From: Eledone cirrhosa
Lineage: Eukaryota
Assembly: GCA_964016885.1 (NCBI GenBank)
Contig: OZ024760.1
Span: 4,154,001-4,218,000, forward strand
Length of the DNA: 64,000 nucleotides
Direction: 5' to 3'
Positions 52,668 through 64,000 of the stretch are shown piece by piece. Within the stretch, counting starts at the first letter, position 1; every line of letters starts with the position of its first letter. The notes beneath the pieces were generated by a model, which ran no database searches, was not told the DNA's origin, and was given only the letters and a program-made list of their open reading frames with translations. The position numbers and the translations under genes were made by a program.

Positions 52668-53164
52668 TATATATATATATATATATATGATGATATATGT
52701 ATGTGTACAAGCACATACACGAATTGACATCTAAACAGGTATATCTGTATGTACAAGTACATACATATACACATAGGCATACGTACTCACACACACACAC
52801 ACAAATTGACATCTAAACATATATCTGTATGTACAAGTACATAGATATACACACAAGCATACATACATGCATGCATCCACACACACACACATGCACTATC
52901 TCTCTGTCTCTCTGAAATGTTGTTTTATTACCTTAACATATTTATATATATGAAGAAATACTTAATACAATGTCTTCCTTTTTACTGCAGCCATTAGAAA
53001 TCTTCTGCTGATTTCTAATGTTATTAATGCAAATCTTTAGCATTTCAACTGGCCGTATCTGGCCAGAAATCTGATGTTAAGGTATTGTTCTCAAAATAAA
53101 TATCATCAAAATCTCATAGATTTGATATTATGTGAAGTAAAGCCTTTACCGTGAAAATATAATA

Positions 53165-53331
53165 CAGTGAAATTCTGTTATAAATTAATTCATTGGGTAT
53201 AAAAATAAATTTGTTGTAACGAAAAATTCTTTATAACGAGATCGACCTAAAATATCGAGCGTGTTGAAAAAAAATTAAATTATACTGATAAATTTGTTAT
53301 AATGGTATCCATTATAACTGAATTTTACTTG
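53165..53331. mobile_element. pogo/Tc1-type MITE nested inside a piggyBac-type MITE
   Basis: TA|cagtgaaattctgttataa...ttataactgaattttacttg|TA interrupting the MITE consensus. Confidence 0.7.
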
Positions 53332-53990
53332 TATATATAGAGTAATGTTTAATGCTAAAGAGTTAAATTATTTCCTATCATTTTAACAACCAATAGAATT
53401 ATTTAAACCTTTCGAGAGCAACCCACCTGAAAACTGCCCCTGAGTCTAGAATGGAAAGTCATTCGCTTTTTTTTTTAAAGTGTTTATATTTAAATTTAAG
53501 CCTGCCATCATAATTTTTTTGTAAGAACCTTTATGTTATGTTCCAAACATCATAGTAATTGTTTCTGATATAAGCATAAGACCAGCAATTGGAGGAGGGT
53601 GTCGATTAATTTGACCCCAGTACGTGACTGGTATATTCTGTTATCAACCTCAGAAAGATAAAAGTCAGTGTTGACCTTGGCGAGATTTGAGCTCAAAGTT
53701 AAGAACCAGAACACACACACTTACTTACATAACATCATCATCATTAGTGTTTAACAGCCATTTTCCCACACTACCATGGGTTAGACAAGTCAGATCAGAT
53801 GACTATGTCTTGCTCAAACAGAACTGTTTCTGGCTTGGTTTCTACAGCTGGATGCCCTTAAGGGCAACCACACATACATATATATCATATATATATACAC
53901 ACACACACACTTACATACATATGTATATTAACACAAGAATATGCTGATATATATGTCACTTGTATGTGCTTGTGTGTGTGTATCTATCTA

Positions 53991-54021
<31 letters not shown>

Positions 54022-57000
54022 GTTAACCTTGCACACTTGCACCTCTCTAAGTCAATGTCACAGGATCGAGATCTTTGGCGCTATGCAGTAATACAGAAGA
54101 CCTTCTTTTTCTTCCCTTGCATACAAACCTACAGTCAGTAGTCACCTCTTAATCCAATATACACCCCACACCCCCTAACTTTCCTTCCATTTCCGCCCAC
54201 ACTACCCTTTCTCTGTAAAGTGGTCGTGTAGGTGTCAGGACAAAAAGCACCCAGTCCACACTGTAAAGTGGTCGTGTAGGAGACACAGTAAAAAGCACCC
54301 AATAAAGGCTGTAAATGTGGTTAGCGCTAGGAAGGGCACCCAGCTGTAGAAAACCAGCCAGAAACAGTCTTATGCTAGCGAGACACGGTCACTCGACCTA
54401 ATTTGCCTCAAGTGGGACAAACCCGTCTAACCCATGCTAGCATGGAAGATGGACATTAAACGATGATGATGATATACTTACACACACATACAATTAGTGA
54501 TGCATTGTTTTAGTAAGTCAGGTCTCCAATAATTGACTGAGGTAGGTTGGAGTGTTTAGTTTATTTCAGGGACTCAATGATATCCCTATCCATCTACTTA
54601 CCCACCTGTTGTGATTATTCTCTCCCCAATCACTGACTTCAGGTCAAGTTACTCTGCTGGGGAGGGGCTAAAAGTAAAGATTGAAATCTGAAATTTAAAT
54701 ATTTCTTTGAATGTCTCCCTCCTCTCTCTATATGAATGTATAAATAATCAAAGTAGGATTTAGAACCATTTTCAAACTTTATGTAGTGTTGATGTGAACA
54801 AAGTGAAATCTCTGTTATAATAATAATAATGAAATTATTGTGTACAGTGCTCAGGTGCACTACAACTCATCAAAGGTGCATGTAGAGTACATAGAATAAT
54901 GTACAAATGTCGGGAAAATGAACAGTGTACAAGTCATGAAATACATGTGTGCGTGTGTATGAAGGAGGGATATCAGGTATATTGTTGGCGAATCTCAGAA
55001 AGCATGGAGGTTTTAAAGGATGCAGTGTCTCGACAGCTAATAACTGAAGCAGGTAGTTTGTTCCATGCTTCAGCAACTCTGAACGTGAAAAAATGTTTCC
55101 GAAAGTCATGGGAGCTGTGCTGTTTTCTGACTTTGTAAACATGCCACGTGTGTTAGACACATGGAAATCAAAAAGGTGCTCAGGGTTGTTGTTGGCAAGA
55201 TGGTTAATAATTTATGTGTGTATGTTGTTGAATGTTCAAAATTATAGAGTCAGATACATTTAATGTTAAATATTAGGGGTATTTTATCCGATTTTCAAAA
55301 CTATTATTTATAGCAATCGCCTGTAGTTACAAATATTTTCTGCACTTGGGCTCCCTACATATTCTGAGAATTTCCAAACTATACCTAAAAACCTCCCATC
55401 CTAATTTCATTTAAAACCCTTTGTTAGTTATATTACTAAATCTTTCTGAATTCTTTATTATTTTCAAAATTATTTGAAAATCATAGGCAATGTCTTTCAA
55501 TAGAAATATGGTTAAGCATAAACGTTAATCGTTTGTCATTTAAACCGGCCACATCCGGCCAGAATTCTTTCACCTCTCTCTGTTCAAACCAGCTCTAACT
55601 GGCCACCCATACTGACTTTAACCCTTTAGCATTTACATTACTCTACATTTACTATTATATTTTCTTGAATAACACTTTATCTCACATAATATCGAATCTA
55701 CGAGATTTTGATATTTATTTTGAGAAAAATACCTTAACATAAGTATGAGTGGTCGGTTATGGCCAGTTTGAACAGAAAGAGGTGAGAGAATTCTAGCTAG
55801 ATATGGCCGGTTTAAATGCTAAAGATTTAAGGAATTGTTTTCAAAATAATATCCTCAAAATTTCGTAGCTTCGATATTATGTAACTAAAAAGCCTTTAAT
55901 GTGAAAATACAATAGTAAACACAGAGTAATGTAAATACTATAGGATTAAAACAATAAAAGAAATTTCTTTGCTAGAGATCTTTACTTTAAACCTCATGTT
56001 CTTGTCTCATCCAACTTTGTAAACTTTCAACCCATTCAATACCAACCTGCCTAAAACTGCTAAAGGACAAAACCACCCATTTTAAATTGTTCTGATTTGA
56101 ATTATATTATTCCTACGTAATTTTATGTCACAAATAAAGATCCTCCTTCCTTTTGTCACCAAATGACCATGATCCCATTTGCACCTGAAAAGCTCCCCTC
56201 CAAGGCAGAAGCCTAGGCAAGTTGATTTTGTGGAAGACCAGGAGTCACCCATGCATATCAGTCTCCCCTCTGCGTGCTACCAATGTTGTTCAAGGGAAAG
56301 GCAAAGGCTGACACAAGTAATTTTTTTCCAGCTGAGTGAACTGGAGTGACGTGAAATAAAGTGCCTTCCTCAAGGACACAAAGCACTGCCTGGTCCAGGA
56401 ATGGAACTCACAACATCATGATTTCAAACCCAAATGCTTTAACCACTAAGCCATGCATCTTCACATGTCAGAAATGACATCTTAATAATTGAAATAGTTT
56501 TAGTAAATCTCTCTAAATGCTTCAGTAATTCAAATGCATGTATTTTATTAGGTAATGATAGGGTTAATCTCTTGCCTGGTGAGTTTCTAGACTCAAGACA
56601 TAACTGTGTATGATTTGAGAGACACAATAACTGATCATAATTTTAATTTTACTCTTGTCAATGTGTCTTTGTGTTACATAGGGAAAGAAGTCTGGTTTGC
56701 TTCAGTTAACTCAACCAATATAAATATCTTTATTTATTACAATAATAATTGTTTCTACTTTTGGCACAAGGCCAACAATTACCCCAGTGCATAACCGGTA
56801 CTTTATTTTATTGATCCAGTAAGGATGAAAGGCAAATTTAACCTCAGCGGGATTTGAACTCAGAACGTAAAGGGTCATAACTCTATGCTGCAAAGCATGG
56901 TGTCTGACGCTCTTCCGATACTGCCAATCCACTGTATCACGAGGATTGGCAGTATCGGTATAGACACAATGACTGTAATGTTGTTGTGATGATCATAATT

Positions 57001-57279
57001 TTAATGTTGTTCTTGTTGGTGTGTCTTTGTATTATGTAAGATAGGAAGTCTGTTTGCTCCAGTTAACCCAACTAATATAAATGAAATCTTCATTACCATA
57101 ATAATTGTATATAAACATAACATCACTACACTCCCATTTTATAGTTGAATGCTTCATAAAAGGTGGGTGTTAGCTGTTTAGAGGCCATTAGCCTAATGTT
57201 TTTGAATTAAACAAATAAAGAGTTCTGAAACATTGGTGCTCTGAATTATTTAGGCCTGGACAGTGTATGAGAGCACTCT

Positions 57280-57790
57280 CTGGCATACAGAACCCCAGAT
57301 GTTAGCAGACAGAATGGAGAAAGCATTGGGGGGAAAACACTGGTGGATGGTGAGGGAAATGTATTGATATAGCCATTGCAGTTTATGGAGTTCACTCCTT
57401 TGGGTGACCAACTCTGCTCAATAGGAGTAAGAAGGTGGTCCAGAGATAAAGAACATCAAAAGTCTCCACTGATACAGGTTCAACAACAAACCTATCAGAG
57501 AGCAGCCCATACTACAACAGTTTGTCGGGTAATGAAGGCTGGGTCCATCACCAAATGCACTAGGTTGCTGCTGTGGGTGTGACAAGCGTCTCAGATGAGT
57601 GGTTTGCCAACACATCATGGGAATATCATGATGCCATCTGGCCTTCTGCCGTCCCTTGGGTCCAGCTCAAGCTGGGAAGGGAAGCCTGTGATGTTCATGT
57701 TATGCTTAATGATCTCATTCAGAGTGGCATCGCGTGGGAGGCATGACAGTAGAAGGCTGAAAGCATCCACAGTGGATCTACTGTAGCATT
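57280..57790 (-). mobile_element. Decayed CRE-like non-LTR retrotransposon, restriction-like endonuclease end
   Basis: Hand translation LNEIIKH...GFPSQLE...DGRRPDGIMIFP*..GKPLI*DA and LLSDRFVVEPVSVETF; stops and frameshifts. Confidence 0.6.
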
Positions 57791-57794
57791 TCAA

Positions 57795-58680
57795 GTGTGT
57801 TGCATCATAATTTCAGGACAGTTTCAGGTGTTTAGAATCGTAACTTCAGGACAATTTCAGGTGTTTTATATCATAACTTCTGAACAGTAGTTTTTGTATC
57901 ATAACTTTAGGACAGTCTCAGGTGTGTTGTATCATAACTTCAGTCTCAGGTGTTTTGTATCATAACTTCTGAACAGTTTCAGTAGTTTTTGTATCATAAC
58001 TTTAGAACAGTCTTAGGTGTGTTGTATCATAACTTTAGAACAGTCTCAGGTGTTTTGTATCATAACTTCTGAACAGTAGTTTTTGTATCATAACTTTAGA
58101 ACAGTCTCAGGTGTGTTGTATCATAACTTTAGAACAGTCTCAGGTGTGTTGTATCATAACTTTAGAACAGTCTCAGGTGTGTTGTATCATAACTTTAGAA
58201 CAGTCTCAGGTGTTTTGTATCATAACTTTAGAACAGTCTCAGGTGTGTTGTATCATAACTTTAGAACAGTCTTAGGTGTGTTGTATCATAACTTCAGTCT
58301 CAGGTGTTTTGTATCATAACTTCTGAACAGTTTCAGTAGTTTTTGTATCATAACTTTAGAACAGTCTCAGGTGTGTTGTATCATAACTTTAGAACAGTCT
58401 CAGGTGTGTTGTATCATAACTTTAGAACAGTCTCAGGTGTGTTGTATCATAACTTTAGAACAGTCTCAGGTGTGTTGTATCATAACTTTAGAACAGTCTC
58501 AGGTGTGTTGTATCATAACTTTAGAACAGTCTCAGGTGTGTTGTATCATAACTTTAGAACAGTCTCAGGTGTGTTGTATCATAACTTCAGGACAGTCTCA
58601 GGTATTTTGTATCATAACTTTAGGACAGTTTTAGGTGTTTTCTATCATAACTTCTGGGTAGTTTCGGGTGTTTGGTATCA
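57795..58680. repeat. 33-bp minisatellite
   Basis: Unit tgtatcataactttagaacagtctcaggtgtgt, ~25 copies with recurring deletion variants. Confidence 0.95.
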
Positions 58681-61266
58681 AAAGGGTTAAAAATACAATT
58701 TCCAGTGTCACATTAAGTTTTGCTGATGACATAAAATAAACAAACAATTCAATACCCTATGTGTCATCTGTCACATGCTATCTAATTGTAAACAAGAATT
58801 GTCAGATCTCTGATATACTTCTGGTAAAAACAAACAAAAACTTATCAGATTTTACTTAAATTTCGTAACATGCACCTAGAGATGTTCAATGATGGAGAGT
58901 TTGTGTATTGTGCTAGGTGGTGCCCCAGCATGATCACAATCCAATAAAAATAGCTCCAGCCATTTATCATCATAAAGAAAACAGAGTTGACTGTTATGAG
59001 AGACAAGCATCTGTCTGTATTAATGTCTGTAAAGAACAACAGCTGGGTGGTTTATAAAAGTTGGGTAACAATAGGTATAATGAAAACATTAAAAAAACCC
59101 AATCCACCCCCGCTAAATGGGAGTTCACATAAATGTGTGTATGTGTGTGTGTATTTGAATTAAAATAGGTTGGTGACACTGTAAAAAGCACCCAGCCCAC
59201 ACTGAAAATGTTGGGTCATGTAGGTATCAACAAAAAGCACCTAGTCCACACTGTAAAGGGATTATGCTGGTAACGACAAAAAACACCCAGCACACACTGT
59301 AAATGTGGTTGACATTAGGAAGGGCATCCAGCCATAGAATCCAAGCCAAAATCAGACTTGCGTGAGTGAAACGCATTCCTCTAACCAGATCTCTCACAAA
59401 GGGACAGCCAGTCTTACTCATGATAGTGTGGAAAATGGACGTTAAATGATGATGATGGTGTGTGTGTATTTGAATTAAAATAGGTACACTATATGCCTGT
59501 GTATTGTAATAGGTGACTGAAAATGTTGGCACCAGAGGCATGTGGCTATAAGATATTGCCTAAAAACAAACCTATGTTGTGAGACCTGCAAATCTTGCCC
59601 CCTGTTTTAGCAGGGAAAAAGAGCCTTAAAATACTTGTCATGTGTATGTGTATTTGTCTATATATAATAAGAGAGACGGTTTCATTGGACAATGATGTAA
59701 ATACCATGAAAAACCAGTAACATATCAATGGACAGGAAAATACATCTCACTCCATCTGATAAAACATGCTAGGTGGTTATTATATGACCACCCTTGCATC
59801 TTTGAAATACGTATAATGAAGATATATGAATAAAACCGTCTCTCTTATTTATTATACTAAAACTCCGGTTGATACTTTACAGAGAAAATCTAAGGAATAC
59901 AAAGTGTAGAGTGCTTTACGTCTATTTAACCCTGTAGCATTTACATTACTCTATATATACTATTATATTTTTATCGTGTAGGCTTTATCTTACATAATTA
60001 TCTCACATAATATCAAATCTATGAGATTTTGATGTTCTTTATTTTGAGAACAGTACCTTAACATCAGTATGAGTGGCCAGTTACAGCTGGTTTGAATAGA
60101 AAGAGGTGAAAAAATTCTGGCCAGATACGGCCAGTTGAAATGCTAAAGAGTTAAGAGAAGGTCGGTAGATTATTTGATCGACCAACTTTCATCAACTGAA
60201 TAATGTATGTCTATATATTAATGTTATGGTTGTTAACTTATAAAAATATAAATAGCAACAAACATCTACTGACAGTGGTACTCAATACCGATATTAGAGT
60301 TATCATCATCATTTAATGTCCAGTTTTTCTGCTAACAACATTCGCTAAAATTACTGAAGACAGTATCTATTCTCTAAAGTGATTGGTGATAGGAAAGGCA
60401 TCCTCCTGTAGAGAACTTGCCTAAGTGTTGAGTTGAGTGTGATGTTTCAAGTTTCTCAAGTTCAGTGTGACATGCTCTCTACCTTCTGTCTCTCTGACTG
60501 CTTCTACCCTCTCTGTCTCAACCTTCTCTCTATTTTTCTACCTTCTCTCTTTCTACTCTCTCTCTGTCTCTCACTAACTTCCCTCTGTCTCTTTCTAACC
60601 TCTCTCAGTCTCTCTCTACCCTCTCTCACTGTCTCAGCTTCCCTTCCAAGTTTTGTGACCACCCCAACCATCATTACGTCAGGTCATGTGACTGACCCCA
60701 ATCAAACTATTTTTTTAAATGATGTACACTTAGCATTCCTCTGTTCCAAGTCCATGTGACTAACACATTTCCCCACTTACTTTGCCATCATCCTGTGACT
60801 AGCTAACCATGTCCCTCTCTTTCCAGTCATGTGACACACACTTCCCTATCTTTGAAGTCACATGACCAATATCATATGATCAGTTCTATATATAGAACTG
60901 ACTTTTGGTAAAGGATGGTCCACTTAGGTCACATGACCACCCTGTTGTTTTGAGAGTTGTCACCACCACCACCATCACCGCTGTTTAACGTCTATTTTCC
61001 ATGCTTTCATGGGTTAGACAGGTCACATACTGATATTTGACCTGTTAGATGACCACATCTTTCTCAATGATTCTGTTTTTTTTACATAGTTGTTATGGCC
61101 TACTTTGAGAACCTCTGAGCTACAATATCTTGCAGTATTTGTTCTGGTTTTCTGCGCCCTTAGTTGAAATCCTACCAAAGTATGTTTGTGTGCATGTGTG
61201 TGTGTGTGTGTGTACACTACTCAGAAACCTTTCCAGATGTAAAAGAAATATCTTATTTACTTTCAG

Positions 61267-63686
61267 ATTCTTCTTGGATTGGAAAGAACCTTAACAGCCA
61301 GCGGCTTTGTAATGTTGAAGAAGCCAAGGTTGTTGATGTCGAAAAACCAAAGAAAAACGTGGTTACTAATGAAGTGGAAAGGTTGAAAAACTTGAAAAAC
61401 CAATTTACAGGGAACACTCCACTTGTGAAAGAATTGAATAAGTTGTACGTGTACAACCCTCAAGCCAGCGTTTCTGGGTTGTATGAGGGCTCTAGTGATG
61501 GCGGGGCCGATGGCAAGTACAAAGGTTATTCCAAATACTGCGTCAATGGCACCCCTGCTTATCAACCGACCTGTGATAAACGGACAAAAGAAACTCCTTA
61601 TGATGTGTATACACAGAACAAGAAGAAAGAAAAGGTGAAAGAGTACAGCTGTGATGGTGCAGTGAACTCTGCGCCGGAGTACAACCCGACTCCCATTAGC
61701 AAACTGAAACGAATGCAGAAGTACTCGTCACAGTCCAACACACATTCCCTTCTGGAGTACGATCCAGTTAGCAACTTCGAAGCTGGCTTTGGTAATAAGA
61801 CATACCTAAACTTGGACAATCCTTACATTGCCAACATTAACAACAAGGCTCAGGCTTCTAGCAAAGAACACGTTTACAAACCAAGCAGCGTGTGTCCGCT
61901 GCCTGCCACGTGCTCTGATGAAGAGGACGAAGATCGCGAGCTGGTAATCGATGCCAAGTTTAGCGACGACAGTGAGGATGGTATGATCGAAACAGCGTCT
62001 TTCCTATCGGATGACCAACCCAGTGATAATGAATCTGAAAGTAAAACTGCATCTGCAGTTTCTACGTCAACATTGTACAAAAACAGTAACAACAGCACCA
62101 CCAGCCCCTCCAACATTCGATCAAACCTGTCAGTCCAAAACCAGACCTCCAAAGCCACATCATCTGTCTCTCACAAAACTGTCAACTGCCACAAAACCAA
62201 TTCAGATTCTTCACACTCCAAGACCAGCAGTAAAAGTAGCAAGGTGACTGTTGATCCTTCTTCTAATCATTTGAAGGAAGAGAAGAAGAAATCAGAGTCA
62301 AGTAGTAAAAATAAGCTGGAAAGAAAGAAAAGTTCTGATGACAATAAATCTAATCGAGAGAAGAAGAAGGTGGTGGAGTCTGGCAGTAAATCTTCTGAGA
62401 AGAAACAAACAAGCAGTTCTGATTCCAATACCATTTCCTCTTCTAAAGAGACAAGTTCTAGCAGCAAGAAGGAGAAAAAAGATGGCCATATCAAGGACAA
62501 ACATTCTACAGAAAAGATAAAAAAGCCTAAAGACCATCATAGCTTAAATACTAAGAACTGTCACGGTGTGGAACAGACTGAGAAGGAGAAAAATCGGCAT
62601 AAAGGAGATGCAGAGAAGGTCGTTAGTGTGCGAGTGAAATTAAAAGGAGGACGGGGTGTGGAAGTGCAACGGAGCAACTCATCATCATCATCGTCATCAT
62701 CATCATCATCATCATTGTTGTCGTCGTCATTGTCTGTGAAGAAAGGGAGTGAACCAGAACGGAGAAAAAGTGATCCATCGTTTAAAAGTGATTCAGATCA
62801 GAAGAAGGAGCACGTAAGGCGTAAGAGTGAGTCGGAGAAGAAAACCGATAGCAAAGGCCAAGTGTTGGAATTAGTAAAACGAAAGAGCGAATCTGAAATT
62901 AAAAAAACGGAACATGAACGGAGAAAGGAAACAATGTCCTCTGCACATAAAATTGACGCTGATTTGAAACGGAAGGAAGAGAAAAAACATGTAGCAAACC
63001 ATAACATGGTGGAGAAAAATCGTGTTGAGAAAACAAAACCGAAAAAAGACGTTGAGATCGAAAGGTCTTGCGATAAGGACAAATTGAAAAAGCTGAAATC
63101 CAAAGCTGTGGAACTCAGCAAGAAGTTAGTTAGCCCCACATCTGTGAAGTTAAATAGTGTACATAATAGTAGTAGCTCTGTAGAAAAATCAAAGAAGAGA
63201 GCTCATTCAATAGACAAGTCTGTTGAATCAAATAAAAAGAAACATTGTCGTGACAAGCATCACCATTCATCACCCGATGAGAATCGTTCCTCAAAAAAGA
63301 CTTCTTCCAACTCAGACCTGGTTTCTAAATCTATGAAACGAAAGGTCCAGTCAACGGAAGTTCTATCTAAAAGTTCATCTCTCTTCTCATTATCATCATC
63401 ATCTTCATCTAATTGCAAACTGCCTTTAAAAAAATCCAAAAATAGCCATATGGTGCGTATTTATGAGCTCTTTGGCAAAGACAGTGATGATGACGAGGGC
63501 AACGGTAGTGCTTTGAATCAGTCAGCCGGAGATGAAAGTACTGGTTTATCGGACGACGATGAACTAAATGTGATTTTTGGGGACCCAGATCTTTCTGAGA
63601 ATGATCCATATGAAGAATGTTTAAAAATCTTTAATGAATCCAATTATGAAAAACGACAATCAAAGCCAGTTAAGAACGAGAAAAAG
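61267..63686 (+). CDS. REXO1: RNA exonuclease 1 homolog, large exon 2 (K/S-rich disordered region); gene continues past window end
   Basis: tttcag|AT is in phase with exon 1; REXO1-like motifs EYNPTP, LEYDPVSNF, DPYEECLKIFNES; AAG|gtatgt donor. Confidence 0.85.
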
Positions 63687-64000
63687 GTATGTATTTACAT
63701 TTAAACTGGCCATATCCGGCCAGAATTCTCTCATCTGTTCAAACCGGTTTTAACTGGCTGCTCATATTTACGTTAAGGTATTGTTCTCAAAATAAATAAT
63801 ATCAAAATCTCGTAGTTTCAATATTATGTGAGATAGTTATATGAGATAAAGCCTTTCCCATGAAAATATAATAGTAAATATAGAGAAATGTAAATGCTAA
63901 AGGGTTAAATAAAAGTCGAAATTATTCATTATGGGAGTTTGGGGGCAGAGATATTTTGTCATTTTTGTCAACAAATATCTTGATTTCTATTGAGACATTC

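Larger units (their letters stand above)
51820..52880. repeat. Degenerate ~60-bp tandem repeat split by the PLE fold-back
   Basis: aattgacatctagacagagatatatctgtatgtacaagtacata units on both sides (51820-52070, 52690-52880). Confidence 0.65.

Noticed and set aside
57795-58680. CRISPR-like periodicity of 33-bp (and 30/48-bp) repeats
   Set aside because: Head-to-tail units without unique spacers, no cas genes, eukaryotic context.

Overview
Eukaryotic, AT-rich, microsatellite- and TE-dense genomic DNA. The repeat families suggest a coleoid cephalopod, probably Octopus (inference). Two spliced genes lie head-to-head. On the minus strand is a TUT4/TUT7 (ZCCHC11/ZCCHC6)-like terminal uridylyltransferase: 12 coding exons reconstructed by hand from 29703 to 6320, about 1048 aa, with a polyQ N-terminus, C2H2 finger, inactive NTD1, PAP-associated domain and CCHC knuckle; the catalytic exons lie left of the window. 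On the plus strand is a REXO1-like RNA exonuclease (exon 1 at 45078-45195, exon 2 at 61267-63686). Introns hold a 5'-truncated Penelope-like element (RT + GIY-YIG) with an inverted pseudo-LTR, a second PLE remnant forming a 1.7 kb fold-back, a Rep-deleted Helitron, RTE/CR1/CRE LINE pieces, tRNA-derived SINEs, piggyBac/hAT/pogo MITEs and minisatellites. The least obvious signals are about 11 hammerhead-ribozyme motifs of several families (two with an unusual ~100-nt stem II closed by C.A), an unexplained GC-rich ~190-nt hairpin at ~43 kb, an in-frame read-through from TUT4/7 exon 1 into an RTE reverse transcriptase, and repeated fold-back palindromes. Most ORFs in the supplied track are microsatellite artefacts.
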